Positions 60,760 through 64,000 of a DNA stretch of 64,000 nt are shown here, one piece after another. The position numbers and the translations under genes are program-made. Under the pieces are notes generated by a model that did no database searches, was not told the DNA's origin, and saw only the letters and a list, made by a program, of their open reading frames with translations. The DNA comes from an uncultured Acetobacteraceae bacterium (GTDB taxonomy: Bacteria; Pseudomonadota; Alphaproteobacteria; Acetobacterales; Acetobacteraceae): the NCBI GenBank assembly GCA_964247705.1, contig CAXTVQ010000003.1, positions 10,568 through 74,567 of the forward strand. The letters are read 5' to 3'. Every line of letters starts with the position of its first letter. The stretch's first letter is position 1.

Positions 60760-61060
60760 TAGATGGATCAAGCTTAAAGTAACGAAATATTGAGTTTGTG
60801 CGTCCCCAGCTACACTGACAGGTCCAGGAGCGATCCCCGAGGGGTGGTTCGCGCCGGGGGAGCACCCTGCGGTAGAGCCTGCAGCGGTTTTTGCACCTGG
60901 TCCAATTGCGCGGCACGGGCACTCGCGGGGGCGGCCACACGGATGGCCTGGCCGGCGGGGGCGACGGACGAGGCAAAGGCGGAGAGGCTGCTGGGCGCGA
61001 TCATGGCGGAAGTTTAGCGCTGGGTGGTTACCAAACTCCTAAATTCCCGCGTGCAAATGC

Positions 61061-62257
61061 TCAGGCCACCATCAAGACCGACACACCCGGCAACGTCTTG
61101 CCCTCGAGCCACTCCAGGAACGCGCCACCGGCGGACGAGACATAGGTCAGACGCTCCATCACCCCCGCATGGCGCAGGGCTGAGACCGTGTCCCCTCCCC
61201 CGGCGACGCTGCGCAGGGTGCCGGCCTCGGTCGCATCGGCAACGGCTTGGGCCAGGGCTACGGTCGCGGCATCGAACGGCGGCGTCTCGAACGCACCGAG
61301 CGGGCCATTCCAGACCAGCGTGCGCCAGCCGAGCAGGCGTTGCTTGAGGTCCGCCACCGTCTCCGGACCCACGTCCAGCATCATGCTGCCGGCCGGGATG
61401 GCGCCGATGGTCACCGTCTCGGTCGCCGGGTTCGGCTTGAACTCGGTCGCGGTCACCGCGTCCACCGGCAGCACGATCTCGCACCCGGCCTCCTGCGCGC
61501 GGACGAGGATGGCGCGGGCGGTCACGTGCATGTCCGCCTCCTGCAGGGACTTGCCGACTCCGACGCCTTGGGCTGCCAGGAAGGTGTTGGCCATGGCGCC
61601 GCCGATCACCAGGGCATCCACCTTGGTCACAAGGTTGCCTAGCAGTTCGAGCTTGGTGGACACCTTGGACCCGCCGACGATCGCCGCCACCGGGCGGACC
61701 GGGTTGCCCAGCGCCTGGTCCAGTGCCTCCAGCTCACGCTGCATCAGCCGGCCGGCATGGGAGGGCAACAGGCGGCCGACCCCCTCCGTGCTGGCGTGGG
61801 CGCGGTGTGCCGCGGAAAACGCGTCGTGCACGAAGATCTCGGCCAGGGCGGCGAATTCGCGGGCGAGCGCCGGGTCGTTCTCCTCCTCGCCAGGGTGGTA
61901 GCGGGTGTTCTCCAGCAACAGCACGTCGCCGTCGGCCATGGCGTCCACGGCGGCGTGGGCTACCGGGCCGATGCTGTCCTCGACGAAGCGCACCGGCTTG
62001 CCGAGCACTTCGGCCAGGGCCAGAGCCATCGGGGCGAGCGACATGGTAGGCACGCGCTTGCCCTTCGGCCGGTCGAAATGGCTGAACACGATGACCTTGG
62101 CGCCGCCTTCCGCCAACTCACGGATCGTGGGCGAAAGGCGCTCGATCCGGGTCAGGTCGGTGATGCGGCCGTCGCGCACCGGGACGTTGAGGTCGGCGCG
62201 CACCAGCACGCGGCGGCCCGCGACAGCCACGCCGTCCAGCGTGCGGTGCGCGGCCAT
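61061..62257 (-). CDS. pgk: Phosphoglycerate kinase
   Basis: ATG 62257 overlaps the gap stop (TGATG). [19 protein letters not shown] and the C-terminal GGGDT motifs are present. Confidence 0.96.
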   Translation of the reverse strand: MAAHRTLDGVAVAGRRVLVRADLNVPVRDGRITDLTRIERLSPTIRELAEGGAKVIVFSHFDRPKGKRVPTMSLAPMALALAEVLGKPVRFVEDSIGPVAHAAVDAMADGDVLLLENTRYHPGEEENDPALAREFAALAEIFVHDAFSAAHRAHASTEGVGRLLPSHAGRLMQRELEALDQALGNPVRPVAAIVGGSKVSTKLELLGNLVTKVDALVIGGAMANTFLAAQGVGVGKSLQEADMHVTARAILVRAQEAGCEIVLPVDAVTATEFKPNPATETVTIGAIPAGSMMLDVGPETVADLKQRLLGWRTLVWNGPLGAFETPPFDAATVALAQAVADATEAGTLRSVAGGGDTVSALRHAGVMERLTYVSSAGGAFLEWLEGKTLPGVSVLMVA

Positions 62258-63276
62258 CAGAGGCTGCCGAACAGCGCGGCGGTGTCGCTCATGCGCGAGC
62301 TGAACCCCCACTCGTTGTCATACCACCCGGCGATGCGGACCATCTTGCCCTCGTCGACCGAGGCGGTCTGTGTCGCATCGAACGAGCACGAGAAGTCGAC
62401 GTGGTTGAAGTCGCTGCTGACCAGCGGGGCGGTGCTGTAGTCGAGGATGCCCTTGAGCGGCCCCGCGGCGGCAGCGGCCTTGAAGGCGGCGTTGATCGCG
62501 TCCACGGACGCCGGGCGTTCCAGGTTCGCGTCCAGCGAGACGAGGCTGACGTTGGGCGTGGGCACCCGGATGGAGGTGCCGTCCAGCTTGCCCTTGAGCT
62601 CCGGCAGCACGAGGCCGACGGCCTTGGCCGCGCCCGTCGAGGTCGGGATCATGTTGACGGCGGCGGCGCGGGCGCGGTGCAGGTCCCGGTGCAACGTGTC
62701 TACCGTCCGCTGGTCGCCGGTGTAGGAGTGGATGGTGACCATGTAGCCGCGCAACAGGCCGAACTCGCTGTGCAGCACCTTGACCATCGGCACCAGGCAG
62801 TTGGTGGTGCAGGACGCGTTGGAGATCACCGTCATGTCGCTGGTGATGATGGACTGGTTGACGCCGTAGACGATGGTGGCGTCCACCCCGTCCGCGGGGG
62901 CGCTGACGATGACCTTGCGTGCGCCGGCGGCGATCAGCTTGGCGGCGTCCGCCTTCTTGGTGAACAGCCCGGTGCATTCCATTGCGACGTCAACGCCCTG
63001 ATACGGCACCTTGGAGGGATCGCGCTCGGCGCTGACCTTGATCGGCCCGTAGGTGCGTCCACCGTGGCGGATGGTGATGGTGTCACCCTCCGTCTCCACC
63101 TGGCCCGGAAAGCGGCCATGGGCACTGTCGTAGCGGAAGAGGTGGGCGTTCGCCTCGACACTGCCGAGATCGTTGATCGCGACGACCTCGACATCGGTCC
63201 GGCCGCTCTCGACGATGGCGCGTAGGACAAGGCGACCGATGCGCCCGAACCCGTTGATTGCGACCTTGACGGCCAT
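62257..63276 (-). CDS. gap: Type I glyceraldehyde-3-phosphate dehydrogenase
   Basis: ATG 63276 follows [18 protein letters not shown], catalytic SNASCTTNC and WYDNEWGFS are present. Confidence 0.97.
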   Translation of the reverse strand: MAVKVAINGFGRIGRLVLRAIVESGRTDVEVVAINDLGSVEANAHLFRYDSAHGRFPGQVETEGDTITIRHGGRTYGPIKVSAERDPSKVPYQGVDVAMECTGLFTKKADAAKLIAAGARKVIVSAPADGVDATIVYGVNQSIITSDMTVISNASCTTNCLVPMVKVLHSEFGLLRGYMVTIHSYTGDQRTVDTLHRDLHRARAAAVNMIPTSTGAAKAVGLVLPELKGKLDGTSIRVPTPNVSLVSLDANLERPASVDAINAAFKAAAAAGPLKGILDYSTAPLVSSDFNHVDFSCSFDATQTASVDEGKMVRIAGWYDNEWGFSSRMSDTAALFGSL

Positions 63277-63477
63277 AATGTGCCCTCTCCCAATGAATAT
63301 CCGGATGTAACCAAGGCTGGCCCGGCCCGCTAGCCACAAGTGGTATTGGCAGCGTTGTCAGGCGGCTCGACGCGCAGCTTGGCTTGGTCCGTTCAGAGTG
63401 AACCCACTTGAGCGGCCCCTTGCAACGAGAGTCTGATTATTGATATTGCAACCCTGCAACGATCGTAATATCTCATT

Positions 63478-63496
63478 AATGGTGTTAACCACCATT
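63478..63496. repeat. 7-bp inverted repeat AATGGTG-TTAAC-CACCATT
   Basis: Perfect arms. It lies in the A/T-rich gap-vWA intergenic region and ends 1 nt before ATG 63498. Confidence 0.3.
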
Positions 63497-63497
63497 T

Positions 63498-63671
63498 ATG
63501 GAGATAATCTTGCCCAACGAGATGTTTGTCTCAGCTCCGATGCAGGACCAAGCTGACGTTTTCGACGACGAAACAGCCCTGCTCAAGCGGAATAACCGCA
63601 TGTTCGCAATCGCCATCGCACTCGCCTTTTGCGCCGCCTCCGGCATGGCAGCCTTCCTCTCGTTCCTCTAA
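63498..63671 (+). CDS. Possible small tail-anchored membrane protein (57 aa; below the ORF-track cutoff)
   Basis: Read by hand: MEIILPNEMFVSAPMQDQADVFDDETALLKRNNRMFAIAIALAFCAASGMAAFLSFL*. It has an acidic N-terminus and one C-terminal TM helix. In-frame alternative ATGs lie at 63522, 63540 and 63600. No clear SD. Confidence 0.3.
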   Translation: MEIILPNEMFVSAPMQDQADVFDDETALLKRNNRMFAIAIALAFCAASGMAAFLSFL

Positions 63672-63764
63672 GGCGTCCGCGGTCCGACAAAATACGGACC
63701 AGCTTGCGGTTCACGGCGCGCCACGCTTTGGTTGGATCGGCGGCCCGGCGCGGTCTAGGATCGC

Positions 63765-64000
63765 GTATGTTCACGACCTTCATCCTGTCGCTGCGCCAGG
63801 CTGGCGTGCCCGCATCGGTTACGGAATACCTCGCTCTGCTCGGGGCGATGAAGACCGGCGTGGCGGATTACGACGTCGAAGACTTTTACTACCTGAGCCG
63901 CGCCGCCCTGGTGAAGGACGAACGCCACCTGGACCGGTTCGACCGTGTGTTCGCCACCTGCTTCAAGGGCCTCGAGGCGGCTGCGGCAGGAGTGTCCGAG
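63765..64000 (+). CDS. vWA-domain CoxE-like protein, N-terminal fragment (continues past the window)
   Basis: ATG 63765. MFTTFILSLRQAGVPASVTEYLALLGAM...LVKDERHLDRFDRVF matches the conserved CoxE/VWA-containing family N-terminus. The frame is open to the window end. Confidence 0.75.

Overview
High-GC, gene-dense chromosomal segment (about 70 genes) with alphaproteobacterial gene order, possibly Rhodospirillales/Acetobacteraceae, though that placement is only inference. All family calls come from reading motifs in the supplied translations; no database search was run. Most of the window is conserved housekeeping synteny: glyA-trpS, hemB, dusB-ntrB-ntrC-ntrY-ntrX, fused ispDF, tRNA-Pro(GGG) next to merR-ihfA-fabH-plsX-rpmF-yceD, bamE, yajC, paaABCDE, pbpC and gap-pgk. 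Accessory-looking blocks sit between these: (i) a NupC transporter, RidA-SDR pair, RutA-like LLM monooxygenase and cyclic amidohydrolase at 1.5-6.2 kb; (ii) a small Wzx/Wzy-type polysaccharide locus at 27.5-32.2 kb; (iii) an SDR coupled to an oversized PLP decarboxylase and then xthA at 34.9-38.7 kb; (iv) an orphan MCP-CheW pair; (v) an HlyD-HlyD-MFS-TolC efflux operon; (vi) a tightly packed NUDIX / secreted protein / LrgA / LrgB / DUF2161 operon at 58.1-60.7 kb. I saw no rRNA, CRISPR array, transposase, integrase or prophage genes. I found no clear-cut novel multi-gene system. The best candidates for follow-up are the five-gene NUDIX-LrgAB-DUF2161 operon and the decarboxylase/xthA junction, where xthA has no canonical start codon and lies in frame with the upstream gene. 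Several genes appear to start at TTG, GTG or CTG (bamE, MCP, lrgA, lrgB, DUF815, csp, paaD, paaE, xthA), so start coordinates are less certain than stop coordinates. Many long ORFs in the six-frame track are antisense or N-terminally extended artefacts of the high G+C content and were trimmed or discarded.
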